Assembly (NCBI GenBank): GCA_024137785.1
Contig: JAHRHZ010000268.1
Coordinates: forward strand, 8,037,485 to 8,101,484
Direction of reading: 5' to 3'
From: Ginglymostoma cirratum
Lineage: Eukaryota
Length of the DNA stretch: 64,000 nucleotides
Part shown: one piece after another, positions 13,412-24,825 of the stretch
Position numbering within the stretch: the stretch's first letter is position 1
How the letters are laid out: every line of letters starts with the position of its first letter
Translations under genes and position numbers: made by a program
The notes under the pieces: model-generated
The model's input: only the letters and a program-made list of their open reading frames with translations
Told to the model about the DNA's origin: nothing
Databases searched by the model: none

Positions 13412-15919
13412 TATTTACTTGCGTTTCTTAGTCCAGCATCTTAAATCTAGCAGAGGGTGGCCCTCAGCCATGTTATTTCTCTCCAACAATGGACTGGCTT
13501 CTGGGAATAAGAAGCATCGAGTGTTTTTTTTCTTTAAAAATTCATGACCATTAGATGGTGTGAATTAAAAGTTGTGTTGCAGTGGGCAAGTGGGAAAATT
13601 ACAACTGGAGTCAGCTGCCGGACAACTGGATTCTGCTTCGCTTGGCTGTGGGGAATATTTTTAACAGAAGAATTGAGAAATATACTGTCTGCTTGTGTCT
13701 CACTTTACTCCTTCCTCTCTTGATCCTTTGATCACCTGCCTTCGCTGACAGTGCATCAAGAGCTTTCCATTGTCACCACAACTGTCCAAATGATTACGTT
13801 AGTTGTTAAGTTATTGTGTGTCAATCTCTGTTTACCATTACTCTTGCTACATTTGAAAGGTAACTTGCCCAATGCTTTTGCTGTAAAAAAAAATCAATGT
13901 GGCTAATGTGTATTGGGAGATTGCACTGATATACTTCTGTTCTGTGCCATTTAAGGGTTTATTTTGTTTTTAAGGAGAAATAATCATCCTATTAGTATGA
14001 GATGTTTTTTCAACATCATGTAAGGTTAATTTTGTTAGCAGCGGGAGTAAAGTATTCAACACAAAGCCACCTTTTGTTTCTCACCTAAGCAGCGACCTCC
14101 TGTTCAGTCTCTACTCTTCTGATCCCAGGCCCTTCAACTCGGCCTGTCACAGCTTGCAACTGTGCTGCAGGGATGCCTGGAAAGGGCAAGGACCGAGTCC
14201 AAAGTCTGGGTGAAAAGTGAGCTCAGAGAGTTTGAGAAACTGCAATGCTGCCAGTTTGATGGTTAGGTTGGGGAGTCATGGGCAAGAGCTCAGACCAGAT
14301 GCCATGGTCCTGCTGTTAATGATGGCGAGGAAGGGGTAAAGTTTTTGTTTGAAGTGGGAAGAAAGCAAAGAACTGTGGTCAATTGCTGGATTATCAGTTT
14401 AGAGATTGGCCTAATGCTTATCATGTGACTGATATCACATGGTTAACAGTGACGAATCAGCATTTATAGAATTAAAGGAAGGAAACAATCAGTTTAATTC
14501 CGCTAACCTTCATTTCAGCACTAATCCTTATTTACACAAACTTCCTCTGACCCCATGTTCCTTTGCGCCACGCCTTTAACAATCTGACCTATTCTTAAAT
14601 GTTGACATGATTTTCAATCAGCAACTTTAGTAGTACATTCTTCAACCTCACAACCCACGAAATGGTCTCTCCTGTGGCCAGAATTTCAGGTCTAATCTCA
14701 TTTATGTCCTTTAGTCTTAGACCCCCGAACAACTGAAAACAGTGTGTTTCTATCTTTTCTTTCCCATCGCTTTAACACTTCATGTTTATGATATCTTAAT
14801 CTCATGTCACAGCGAAACAATGGTAATGAGTCCAGAGAAAGTCTGTAATTATTCATAATGATTTCTCAAGATGAACACATGTATATCATGACACTAATAA
14901 CTGCTGGAATGCTCTTGTCTTTTTTTTCAAAAAGTTTGTGTATTATTGTTGCCAGGTTATTAGTGACTGATACTCTTGCCTTCTTCAAGACTACTTCAAG
15001 GTTGTTTTTACCTTGATTATTGCTTTATTAAAATGTGGTTAACAATAATCATAGGCTGTAATGGACACTCAAAATGACCTCTGGCCATTTTTAAATGAGC
15101 CAGCAAAGTGGCTACTCGGATGACAGGGATTAGTGGATAGTTCTTGTTAACAGGAACTACGGGTGGTTACTTTATCCTAACCCAATGAGGTTGAGGTCAG
15201 AAATGGATGAGAGCTAATAACACAACACAAAACCGATCTGAGGGATTGGGTGGATCATGGAGGGTGCATTGCCAACCTGATGGTTTGGGTGTCAGTTAAA
15301 CTTTTATTTCTCATAATTGCATTGATTGAAATTCAGTGAAACCTTTCCATCAAAGTCTGGTTAACCTTTTACCTTCCCATTTCTAATTTTGGGATGGTAA
15401 GTTCTATGAACCGATATGCCTTCTTTATCTTTCCTGAATGCCGACCTCCACAGCCCTTTTGGCCTCCAGTATATAATTCAAGTGGATACAGATATGTTCA
15501 ACATACTGAACAATAGGAGCACCTTTACCTTGACCATAGGTTTGCTTCTTTTTACATTTTCAGTCCATCTGCAGGTATGAGAACCACAGATTTGAGATTG
15601 GAGGTGATCTTCTAATATCAAAGGACCTCACAACTATAGATTTTTCATGAGATGTTGCATAGTTGCTTTGTGGACCAAAGAAGAGGGTGGCTTGAAAAGG
15701 CGGTCTTCTTTTTTCAGATCTGTGTGAGGATTCAGATCATCCTGAGAGTATCCACTCTTGTCTACATTCTCCTAAAAAAGGACTGATTCCACTAAAATTG
15801 TTATAATCCTCATGGAGATCAATAGCTTCATAATGGATGAATTTCAGAGAATCTGATGGAAAGGACGAGGTTTCCCAATTTAACAGTTCAGTTGTAACAA
15901 ACTGAAATCAACGTAGATC

Positions 15920-15961
15920 AGAGATAACAAGGTGTGGAGCTGGATGAACACAGCAGGCCAA
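15920..15961 (-). mobile_element. Penelope-like terminal fragment running into an assembly gap
   Basis: gagataacaaggtgtggagctggatgaacacagcaggcca is approximately the reverse complement of 18075-18115. Confidence 0.8.
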
Positions 15962-16361
15962 NNNNNNNNNNNNNNNNNNNNNNNNNNNNNNNNNNNNNNN
16001 NNNNNNNNNNNNNNNNNNNNNNNNNNNNNNNNNNNNNNNNNNNNNNNNNNNNNNNNNNNNNNNNNNNNNNNNNNNNNNNNNNNNNNNNNNNNNNNNNNNN
16101 NNNNNNNNNNNNNNNNNNNNNNNNNNNNNNNNNNNNNNNNNNNNNNNNNNNNNNNNNNNNNNNNNNNNNNNNNNNNNNNNNNNNNNNNNNNNNNNNNNNN
16201 NNNNNNNNNNNNNNNNNNNNNNNNNNNNNNNNNNNNNNNNNNNNNNNNNNNNNNNNNNNNNNNNNNNNNNNNNNNNNNNNNNNNNNNNNNNNNNNNNNNN
16301 NNNNNNNNNNNNNNNNNNNNNNNNNNNNNNNNNNNNNNNNNNNNNNNNNNNNNNNNNNNNN
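15962..16361. other. Assembly gap (400 N)
   Basis: Run of N. Confidence 1.
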
Positions 16362-16821
16362 CCCCTCGTTATTGAATCCCTCACCCTGGGAAAAAGCTTA
16401 TCTCTATCTCTATCAAAAGCTCTATCTCTATCATGTTAGATTTTCTGTTTCAAATGAACAATCCTGTATAGTATTTTCCTTGGTGCTTGTACACTAAGTT
16501 ATCATAAACTTTTATTGGTTAACCTGCAGGGGCGACACTGAATTGCTTCAGTGTCAGGAGGCAGAAATGTACAGTAATACAACAAGTGCTGTAGGCCACC
16601 ACAAACATCAGTAATAATTACCTGTGCACAGTGCAGCGATGGTGCAAATAATAACTAAGTAATTACAATGGTAAGCTAATCTATCGATCCCCTTTATCAG
16701 GTTGCAGAAGGTTTTAAGGAGGCCACGTGTACCTTGTCAGAACCATCTGGACACTGATAAGGCCATGGAAGAGGAACAGGCAGCCAGGGGGACTATCTGT
16801 GACCCGTGGATCTTGCATGGG

Positions 16822-17184
16822 TCATACAGAATCCTGACAATGTGGAAGCGGGCCACTCGATCCATCAAGTCCACACCCACCCTCCAAACAGCATCCCACC
16901 CAGACCTTCCCCGCACAACCCCCTCCTCCCCAAGTCTATCCCTGTCACCCTGCATTCCCAATGGCTAAGCCTGTATATTCTTGGACACTATGGGCAATTT
17001 GGAATGGCCACTCCACCTAGCCTGTACATCTTTGGACTATGGGAGGAAACTGGAGCACCCGGAGGAAACCCACACAGACATAGGGAGAACGTGCAAGCTC
17101 CACTCAGTCACCCAAGGGTGGAATTGAACTGGGGTCTCTGGCGCTGTCAGGTCGCAGTGCTCAGCACTGAGCCACTGTGCATCC
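16822..17184 (-). mobile_element. HE1-type V-SINE, full length
   Basis: Minus strand has a tRNA-like head (cacagtggctcagtgctgagcactgc..gttcaattcc), a V-domain (tgggtttcctccgggtgctccagtttcctccca) and a CR1-like tail (ggattctgtatg). Confidence 0.92.
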
Positions 17185-17658
17185 TGTTACTTGACCCTTA
17201 ACTTCCTGTTTTGGTGAGGTCCATAAGAACATTCTCTAACTTAGCTGCCCTCCTCTGCAGATGGAATCCAAAACTAACAAGAATATGGGAGCTGTTTAAT
17301 TTCAGCTATTTGGGTCGATTTCACCTTCAACGGCTATGCAGAACCCGATACCTACCCTTTTAGAAACTCAAGCCAGCTGTTTAAATCCAGTCGAGATGGC
17401 ACACTGAGCCTCGTTATAATGTCTTTCACAAAAGCTGGCACTTACAACAGCATGACACTCCATAACTGCACTCGGTTGCTGGGTTACTGTATCTGCTGAA
17501 AGCTCGAGGACAGGTGTTAAGCTCGCAGTCTTTCCATCAGTCTACTTTGGCTCAGTGGTAGCAATCTTGCTGATGGGTCAAAGGGAGACAGCTGTCCATG
17601 TTTAACTCGTGTGCCAAGAGGAGCTGGGTGCGATACAGGCTCTTCGTTCACCTGTTAG

Positions 17659-18150
17659 GTGAATCTTGCAATGTGGACTTCACAAGCTTCAAAATCTCCC
17701 CTCCCCCTACCGCATCCCAAAATCAGCTCAGCTTGTCCCCGCCTCCCTAACCTGTCCTTCCTCCCACCTATCCAGTCCTCCCACCTCAAGCCCCACCCCC
17801 ATCTCCTACCTACTAACCTCATCCCGTCCCCCCTTGACCTGTCCATTCTCCCTGGACTGACCTATCTCCTCCCTAACTCCCCACCTACACTCACCTTTAC
17901 TGGCTCCATCCCCGCCTCTTTGACCTATCTGTCTCCTCTCCACCTATCTTCTCCTCTATTTTCTATCCGCCTCACCCTCTCTCGCTATTTATTTCAGAAC
18001 CCCGTTCCCCTCCCCCATTTCTGAAGAAGGGTATAGGCCTGAAACATCAGCCTTCCTGCTTCTCTGATGCTGCTTGGCCTGCTGTGTTGATCCAGCTCTG
18101 CACCTCGGTATCTCAAATTCTCCAGCATCTGCAGTTCCTACTATCTCTGC
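17659..18150 (+). mobile_element. Penelope-like element 3' end / pseudo-LTR with hammerhead-like core
   Basis: C-rich tract, then CTGAAGA-agggtataggcct-GAAACATC (18021-18048) and the terminal tctccagcatctgcagttcctactatctct. Confidence 0.85.
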
Positions 18151-18779
18151 AGTGTTGTTGTCTGATTCGATGTTGGGGCATTTGCATTTAGGATTTCAGC
18201 TGACAGCAGGAGAGCAGGGCATTTGTCATCTGTAATATGAAAGCACCTTAAGCGCTTCAAGAACAAAACAACCCAGCAGCTGGTAGATGGGATTTATCTT
18301 CCCCTTCACTGCTTCGAGCTCCCTGTTTCCTCACCATTCACGTACCTGATACTTTGTTGCCTGTGCCCAGTTTTCCCCTCTGTAATTGGCTAGCTGCTTG
18401 TAATCAGTTGAAGTCTGTTCTGTTCCTTTCGAGATTTCATTTCCAACAATTAAATCTTAAAATTGATATTTCTGGGAAGCAGAGGTTTGAAAATATGCAT
18501 GTTTCAGCACATTCAGAGGCCTAATTCACTGAGCGATGGAAATGGTTTGGAACTGGGCACTCTGCTTTCTCGCAGTGAATGTCTGATTACTTTAATGAGC
18601 AAAAATAAATCAGGAGAAGTTTAATGCTCATTTGCTTTACTTCAATCCAATCCTCCTGAATGAATCAACTAAATTGAGATTCTGAGTCCAGCTCAAGAAG
18701 AAACATTTTATGTCTATTTATGTGTCTGACACCAGGTCTTTCCTACTCTTGAGATTATTCCACAGTTGCATTCAATAGG

Positions 18780-18920
18780 TATTTCAAAAAAAAATTACAA
18801 CTCTGATATGTTGTAACTGTCGTAATACAAGAATATAAAGCAAAATTTGCACACAGCACAGCCCCAAAAGCAGCAATGGAATCATTGGCCAGGTAATCCG
18901 CTTTCAATGACGTTATATGG
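18780..18920 (-). mobile_element. DeuSINE/SacSINE1-like 3' fragment
   Basis: aatttgcacacagca..cccaaaagcagcaatg is the reverse complement of the family tail. Confidence 0.5.
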
Positions 18921-19294
18921 AACCATTGTAAGAAAAATGAAATGTACAATAGAGAAACCTGCGTGTCATCCAGCCTGTCCAGGAGACTGCCCTGATTAAC
19001 ATACGCAGCTACCTCTCTTGCAAAAGGTGTTTTGTACCTCAGCCAGAAAGAAATCCAACTCTCACTTGGAGGAACTCAATGCATCCACTGGCGCTTGACT
19101 CATAACTGTTAGTTGAGAGACAATGAATGCCAAGGCAACAGGGGCAGCTCCTTATCCCACCCCCCATGGTCAACTCTCTAAATAAACCAAGGTCCAACCT
19201 AGTCAGGCCAAAGGTGATGAACCTGTTGGGCAGCTGTATTTTTCCAGCACTGGTGTTGGTGAAGATGCCAGTTATTTTGCAACCAAACCTTTCC

Positions 19295-19822
19295 AAACCG
19301 CTGGCTAGACCTCAGCTGGAGCATGGTGTCCAATTATGGGCACCTTAAGAATAGGGTGTAGATGAGATTCACCACTTTGGTACTACGGACTTCTGTGGGC
19401 ATACTGAAGTAGCTGGGATTATTGTTGTTTAAACAGAGAATGTTTATGGGAGAATGGATTTGAGGTGTTTTAAGTTGAGGGAGTTTGGATAAGAACTTTG
19501 AGAGGAAAAATTTGGATATTTCCATTGGCAGGAGGATCAGTAACAAGAAAACATAGATTCAAGATAATTGATAAAAGAAAGAGGCAATTGAAGAGAAAAT
19601 GTTTGTTCAACAAGTTACCATGACCGGACTATACTGTCTAAAAGGATGGTGTACTCAGATGTATTAGTCACTTTCAGAAGGGAACTTATGTTCAAAAGAA
19701 ATAAAAAAACAACGTTGTTATGGGCTAAGAGCAGATGAGCAGGACCAATTGGAGGGCTCTTCCCTAAAACTAGGACAGACATGATGAGCCAAATGGCCTC
19801 TTATAGTGTATAATTTGATGGC
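19295..19822 (+). mobile_element. CR1 LINE 3' fragment, decayed
   Basis: Translates LARPQLEHGVQLWAP (CR1 RT C-terminal motif LVRPxLEY.VQFW.P) and ends gatgagccaaatggcctc. Confidence 0.8.
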
Positions 19823-20004
19823 TTGTTTTCCTTATCTGACTAATTTTTCCTGTCTCTTAAATCCTGTAGTTGACAATTGTATGATAACGGTGTCAGGGAA
19901 TAAAGTAAATTTATATTTTTAGCCTTTTATCCAATTTGAATAGAAGGATCATATAGACATGATTTGTGAAACGTACTGATTTTAAATAAGTTGCCCAACT
20001 TCAG

Positions 20005-20160
20005 GGAAGTTGCTGGAAAAGCTCAGCAGGTGTGGCAGCATCTATGAAGAGAAAATCAGAGTTAATGTTTCAGGTCTGGTGAGCCTTCTGAGGAACCTAT
20101 TGCCAGATCTGCTGAGCTTTTCCAGCAACTTGTGCTTTTGTCCCTGATTTACAGCATCCA
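20005..20160. mobile_element. Short PLE-derived foldback element with 11-bp TSD
   Basis: Inverted arms aagttgctggaaaagctcagcag / ctgctgagcttttccagcaactt; flanked by cccaacttcag (19994-20004) and cccaatttcag (20161-20171). Confidence 0.85.
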
Positions 20161-21614
20161 CCCAATTTCAGACGAGGCCAATGAACAGCTGGAAGTGTTC
20201 CATACCCATTGTACTGTTCCTACCCTGCCAAGATTGTTTGCTTTTGGCAGGGCTTGAACTGCTCATATATTCTGTTTGTGGGGCAGTTGACTTTGCAGTG
20301 ACTCCTTGTTATAACATGCCCCCCACTCTTGGTGCAAACATAACCCATAGAAGAGGACAGAGGCTCAGCAGGGCTTGTCCGATCAGAGCATAAGCGATAA
20401 TGTGATTGACTGTAATTTGTCGCACACCATTTCTTTCACAGGCTTTTTGTAATCAAATTATTCAGCATCTCCCAGTTTCAAGATGAGAGAACCAACATGT
20501 CATGGAAGGTAACACAGTGTCAGCTGGTTGACTGTGGAGCGAGAGAGCTCTGCAAACCAATTAATAAAACAATTAACTGAGTATTGAGATTGCTGAGACA
20601 ATTAGCCAAATGGCATCCCTTCCTGCACGGCTGTTCTTGCAGCAATGTGCACACATTCGTCACAAGAACAGCCGCTCCAGGGGTTTCACTTCAATTTTCC
20701 TTCTTTCTCCAGCATGGAATAGAATGTGAGGAGTGTGCAGAATAACTGGGGTTTGCATTGAGCTGCCTTATCTGGACTGTGGTCTGAACCCAAACCAATG
20801 GCTTGATTGACCCTGGGCCCACTGTTCGAATGGGACTTGAAAATTTCAGTGTTACTTGTGTTACAGAAACTGTGTACGATAAACAAGATTTGACAACATT
20901 CCATGCCAAGACATTCTGGTCTTACATACTGGTGGTGAGGTGTGTCAATGCCAGGGAGATTGGTGAAGTGTTTTCAGTGTTTATTTTCTGTTAGCTGTCA
21001 AATGAATGTTGTAGCCAGCATTTCATTGACACTTTCGAAGGATGTTCCCAACAGCTGACTAACTTAATCTCTACCGCAAGGTCATGTTTGGCATGAAGGT
21101 CAGGCTATGTTTGGAAGGGACAAACTGATTGAGAATATGACACACTCAACAAGCATTGGGAGCCAAGTTCTAACTGCTAGCCCACTCTTTCAGGGCCAAT
21201 GATGACATGCCATTAAATAAGCAGCAGTCAGTGACGAAAGGCAATCAAGTGTCCTGGCCAAAGGCTGAGAGCTTCTGCATCAGCATCCCCAAGATTGGTA
21301 GCCTCCAGAACCCAACTTGACAAGACTTTGAGTCCAGGAGCTATCATCTTATGGTGCTTCAAAGTTTGCAAATTTTCTGTGCACTGCGGACAATGTTAGC
21401 AATGAGCTGTCTGGCTGCGTAACTGGTCTTTCCTCAACCCTGAACAACTTTGCAGCTTTGCATTTGGAGAGGGGTTCACGTTCTACCACAAAACCTGTAT
21501 CGAAATGAGAGCAAATAATGGGCCAGAATAAACTTCTATACCTCTTTCTTCCATGGCAACCCTGTCCAGCCAACCAGAGAAATCTGGACTCATCAAGTTA
21601 AATAATTAACTTGC

Positions 21615-21802
21615 CTCATCTTTGAGCTTGTTTTCATTCGGGGTCATCGGCTTTGGGTTTGAGTAGACAATGGATTTTCCATGTTGGATATGGTTATCAT
21701 GCTGCTCTGACTCTGCAAACTGGACAGTGCATTTTCTGGTTCCCTCACACTTAAACATTGGAACTGCAGGATCTCCCATTATCTCTCTTGGTAACCTTGA
21801 TC
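21615..21802 (-). CDS. Candidate second coding exon (GSRLPREIMGDPAVPMF...NKLKDE)
   Basis: Acceptor gttctccag|; only the frame compatible with the phase-1 upstream exon is open; ends at a GC-type donor GAG|GCAAGT or at the stop at 21606. Confidence 0.2.
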
Positions 21803-21855
21803 CTGGAGAACTGATCAGCTACACAGAGCCTGTGATCCGCTGTATGATTCACCCA

Positions 21856-21923
21856 GTGGTGATCCAAAAGAGAGAGGAGTAGAAATGAGAACTGCATGTG
21901 ATGCCACCGATTTTAGTAATTGT
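21856..21923 (+). repeat. Left arm of a 68-bp inverted repeat
   Basis: Reverse complement of 22881-22948 with 2 mismatches. Confidence 0.95.
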
Positions 21924-22880
21924 TCCTCAAGCTGAAAAAGAGCAGCTTTGTTGTCTCAGGTAAAGTAAGGAATGGGCCCATGTGCTGGAATGAAACACAG
22001 GTCCAACTTTGTACAACAAAGACACTTAACTATAATAGCAAGAAATTGCATAAAGAATACACTTTGTGCAGCACTTTTCAGTCACATCATACATTTCTGT
22101 CCCACCTCATGTCTGAAATGTGTCATATATCATTGAGTCTTCTACCGTATAGTGGAGACATCCTAAATTTCCTCAGAAAGTCGTTCTGGGGTGCTGTGAC
22201 CTCAATAACTCCAATTTGACCGGACAGGATTGTGTCTGCCTTAATCCTCCTCCCGAATCCTCCTCCCAATGCCGGCGTGCTACCCTGGCAGGGTACCTCC
22301 CACCTCCTTTTACATCCACTACCCAATACCTGAGACCCTCGTTGGCTCTCTTTCCCTCGCTGGGTTGACCCATGATGTTCCAATCCCTGCCCTCGCTCAG
22401 GACATGCCTCTCCCACCTGAAGCTGCAGAAAGAAGGCACAATAGGTGAGTGACAGAAAGAAGAGAAGATATAAGAGAGGAAATAGACAAAAATATCATGG
22501 AAGTGGAGGAGAAGGAAGCAACATGCACAGTCCAAGGAGTGAAGTGGGATGTTGGAGGGAGGAATAGAAAGGAAGGAGTACATTGATGGATGTGTCCCAT
22601 TCCCTGTGACATTCAGACACACCCAGGGAGAAGAAAGAAGGAATGTTGTATCTGTCCAGAAATGAGCAATGCCATGCAAGATTCATGAGTTGCAGCCCAA
22701 AAAGAGCAAAGCATTCGTGGTTTTGAAACCCATCTTGGAGACTATTTAAAACTTCGTTGTCTCATAGTAATTGTTTGACATGGAGTCAGGAGGAGGGGCA
22801 TGAAAGAATACAGAAAAACCAGTGACCTGATTTACGAGTGCTGTTTTAATGTGATGTAGACATGCACTTAAACATAGATC

Positions 22881-22948
22881 ACAATTACTAAAATCGGTGG
22901 CATCACATGCAGTTCCCATTTCTACTCCTCTCTCTTTTGGTTCACCAC
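22881..22948 (-). repeat. Right arm of a 68-bp inverted repeat
   Basis: acaattactaaaatcggtggcatcacatgcagttcccatttctactcctctctcttttggttcaccac pairs with 21856-21923. Confidence 0.95.
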
Positions 22949-23462
22949 AGTTACAGCATGTTGCCTACATTGCTGAGAATATTCCAATTTGCAGTGTGTA
23001 TCTGCCTTTTGTGAAGTAAATGGTGTCAGATTATAAATAGGTACAAGTCCTTGTGTATACTCCACCCGCTATGTCCAAAGATGGGAGCCATGTTTATTTT
23101 TAAATCAAAAGAATTGCCTTGCTACATTCTGTGCAGCCTATGCTTATCTTTGTTTTAGTAATAGAATTTTTTCTAGTGCAGAATTTGTGAGTGATCTACC
23201 TAAATGAACCCCTGCCCTCATTGTGACCCTTGGCCATTACTGTGATGCTGCTGCACGCCATAAAGATTTGTGCTTCCAGATATACATACCTCATGTTGTC
23301 AAATGTTCATTGGCATTCCACTGCCTGCTGTGGCAATATTGACTGATTTGACAACCATTTCAATTTTAGACAGCAGTGCTTCCTTTGAGGATCTCCACTT
23401 GAACCCGTTCAAAAACAGTGTTGTGAGGCTGGGACCTTCGCTGTCATCTTGGCTTGACTCAC

Positions 23463-23640
23463 CACACTCTTTCTGATCTCGAATCCTGCTATTAAACCGC
23501 ATGACTTTGTGGTCAACAAGCAAGAGATTGTAACCTGTGCCTGCTAATACAGGTGATACTGCATTTATCAGGTTGTCCATTTGTTCTGCACTTAACTTGT
23601 CCAGTGGCCACTCTCTCAAATCCAGATCAACAGTTGACAT
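23463..23640 (-). CDS. Candidate first coding exon of an unrecognised gene (MSTVDLDLREWPLDKL...RDQKEC, 59 aa + 1 nt)
   Basis: Acceptor ctatcctacag| before 23689, Kozak-like tcaaccATG at 23640, donor GTG|GTGAGT after 23463, inside a 137-codon open frame in non-repeat sequence; no homology recognised. Confidence 0.3.
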
Positions 23641-24439
23641 GGTTGAAAGAGCACGGCAATAATAAGCAAAAATATTTGATGTATTACTTCTGTAGGATAG
23701 AATGCTGTTCAAGGAAGAAACAGACCTTCAAAATAATTTTAGCAGAGGGTCTTCATTTATTTTGTTTGCATCTGTTTAGCGGCATTTGCAGATATATCAA
23801 TGGAAATTGTGCTAGGATCTGTTACACACAGTATCATGAGGGGTAGAGGTACCTCATCTCTTGGCTCTGCTGAAATAAAGTTTTCTGTTTTAAAAAGTTG
23901 CGTGCCTCAGTAAACATAAGAGTTCAGGTCTGGAATCCACAGAGCGTATAGTATATTCATTTTCTGTGTACCATGAATTGCGATTACAGTCAATGGTAAG
24001 GATGGTTGGGAATAAATCAGATAGTGAGGAAACATCTTTTGGTGCATAGCAACTTAATGGTCATATTCGTATCACTGTCCTGCACCACTGATTGAAGCTG
24101 CTTGACACAGTCTTGATAAAATGTAAACATTTTACCTGCTGAGGGACTACAGACAAGCTCAAACCTATTTTAGTTTTTGAAACCACCCTTTTCTGCAACA
24201 GCCATTCAGGCTCAGTTTCTGTAACCTACCAATTGATTGCAGATTCCTCTTCAAGAAACCTGACAATCTATGTTGCATTGATGGCACCCTGAGTCAGAAG
24301 TGTGAGGAGTATTTTGTCACTCTTCTTGCATTAATTGGCACTGTGAGTAGAGGAACTGACTCATTCTCAAAATTTCCCACTCCTCAGCACCACTCCCCCA
24401 TCTTTCCAAACGGATACTGAGAAAATGCATTGCAGAATT

Positions 24440-24825
24440 AGAGACTTGTGTTTAAATGGCACCTAGCAGCTTTCTCAGCCTCAGGATGTCGTTAATCACT
24501 TTGCAACCAAAGACATTTAAAGTGTAGGCACAGGTTTACTGTAGAACATTCAAGAGCCAGTTTGTGAAAATAATGTGTTTTAGTTGTATTAATTGAGGAA
24601 TAAATATTAGGAAGGACACTAGAAAAAGTACCCTTGACCTCCTTGGATATAGTGCTCTGAAACCTTTCTGTGAGACAAGAAACTGCAGTTTAAGGTTTGA
24701 TCTAATATGCTGTACCTCTGACAGTACTGCTTGAGAGTGCTAACCTGGCGTGTGCGCTCAATCTTTTGGAACGAGACTTGAACCCACATCAATCTAACTC
24801 GCAAGCAAGAGTGATACCATCAAGT
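24440..24825 (-). mobile_element. DeuSINE/SacSINE1-like SINE, degenerate
   Basis: ttgaggaataaatatt..ggacac, gacagtactgc, gagacttgaacccac (B-box reverse complement) and tail agacttgtgtttaaatggcacc. Confidence 0.7.

Noticed and set aside
15908-16497. Long ORFs spanning the gaps (also 63003-63508)
   Set aside because: Artefacts of N runs.
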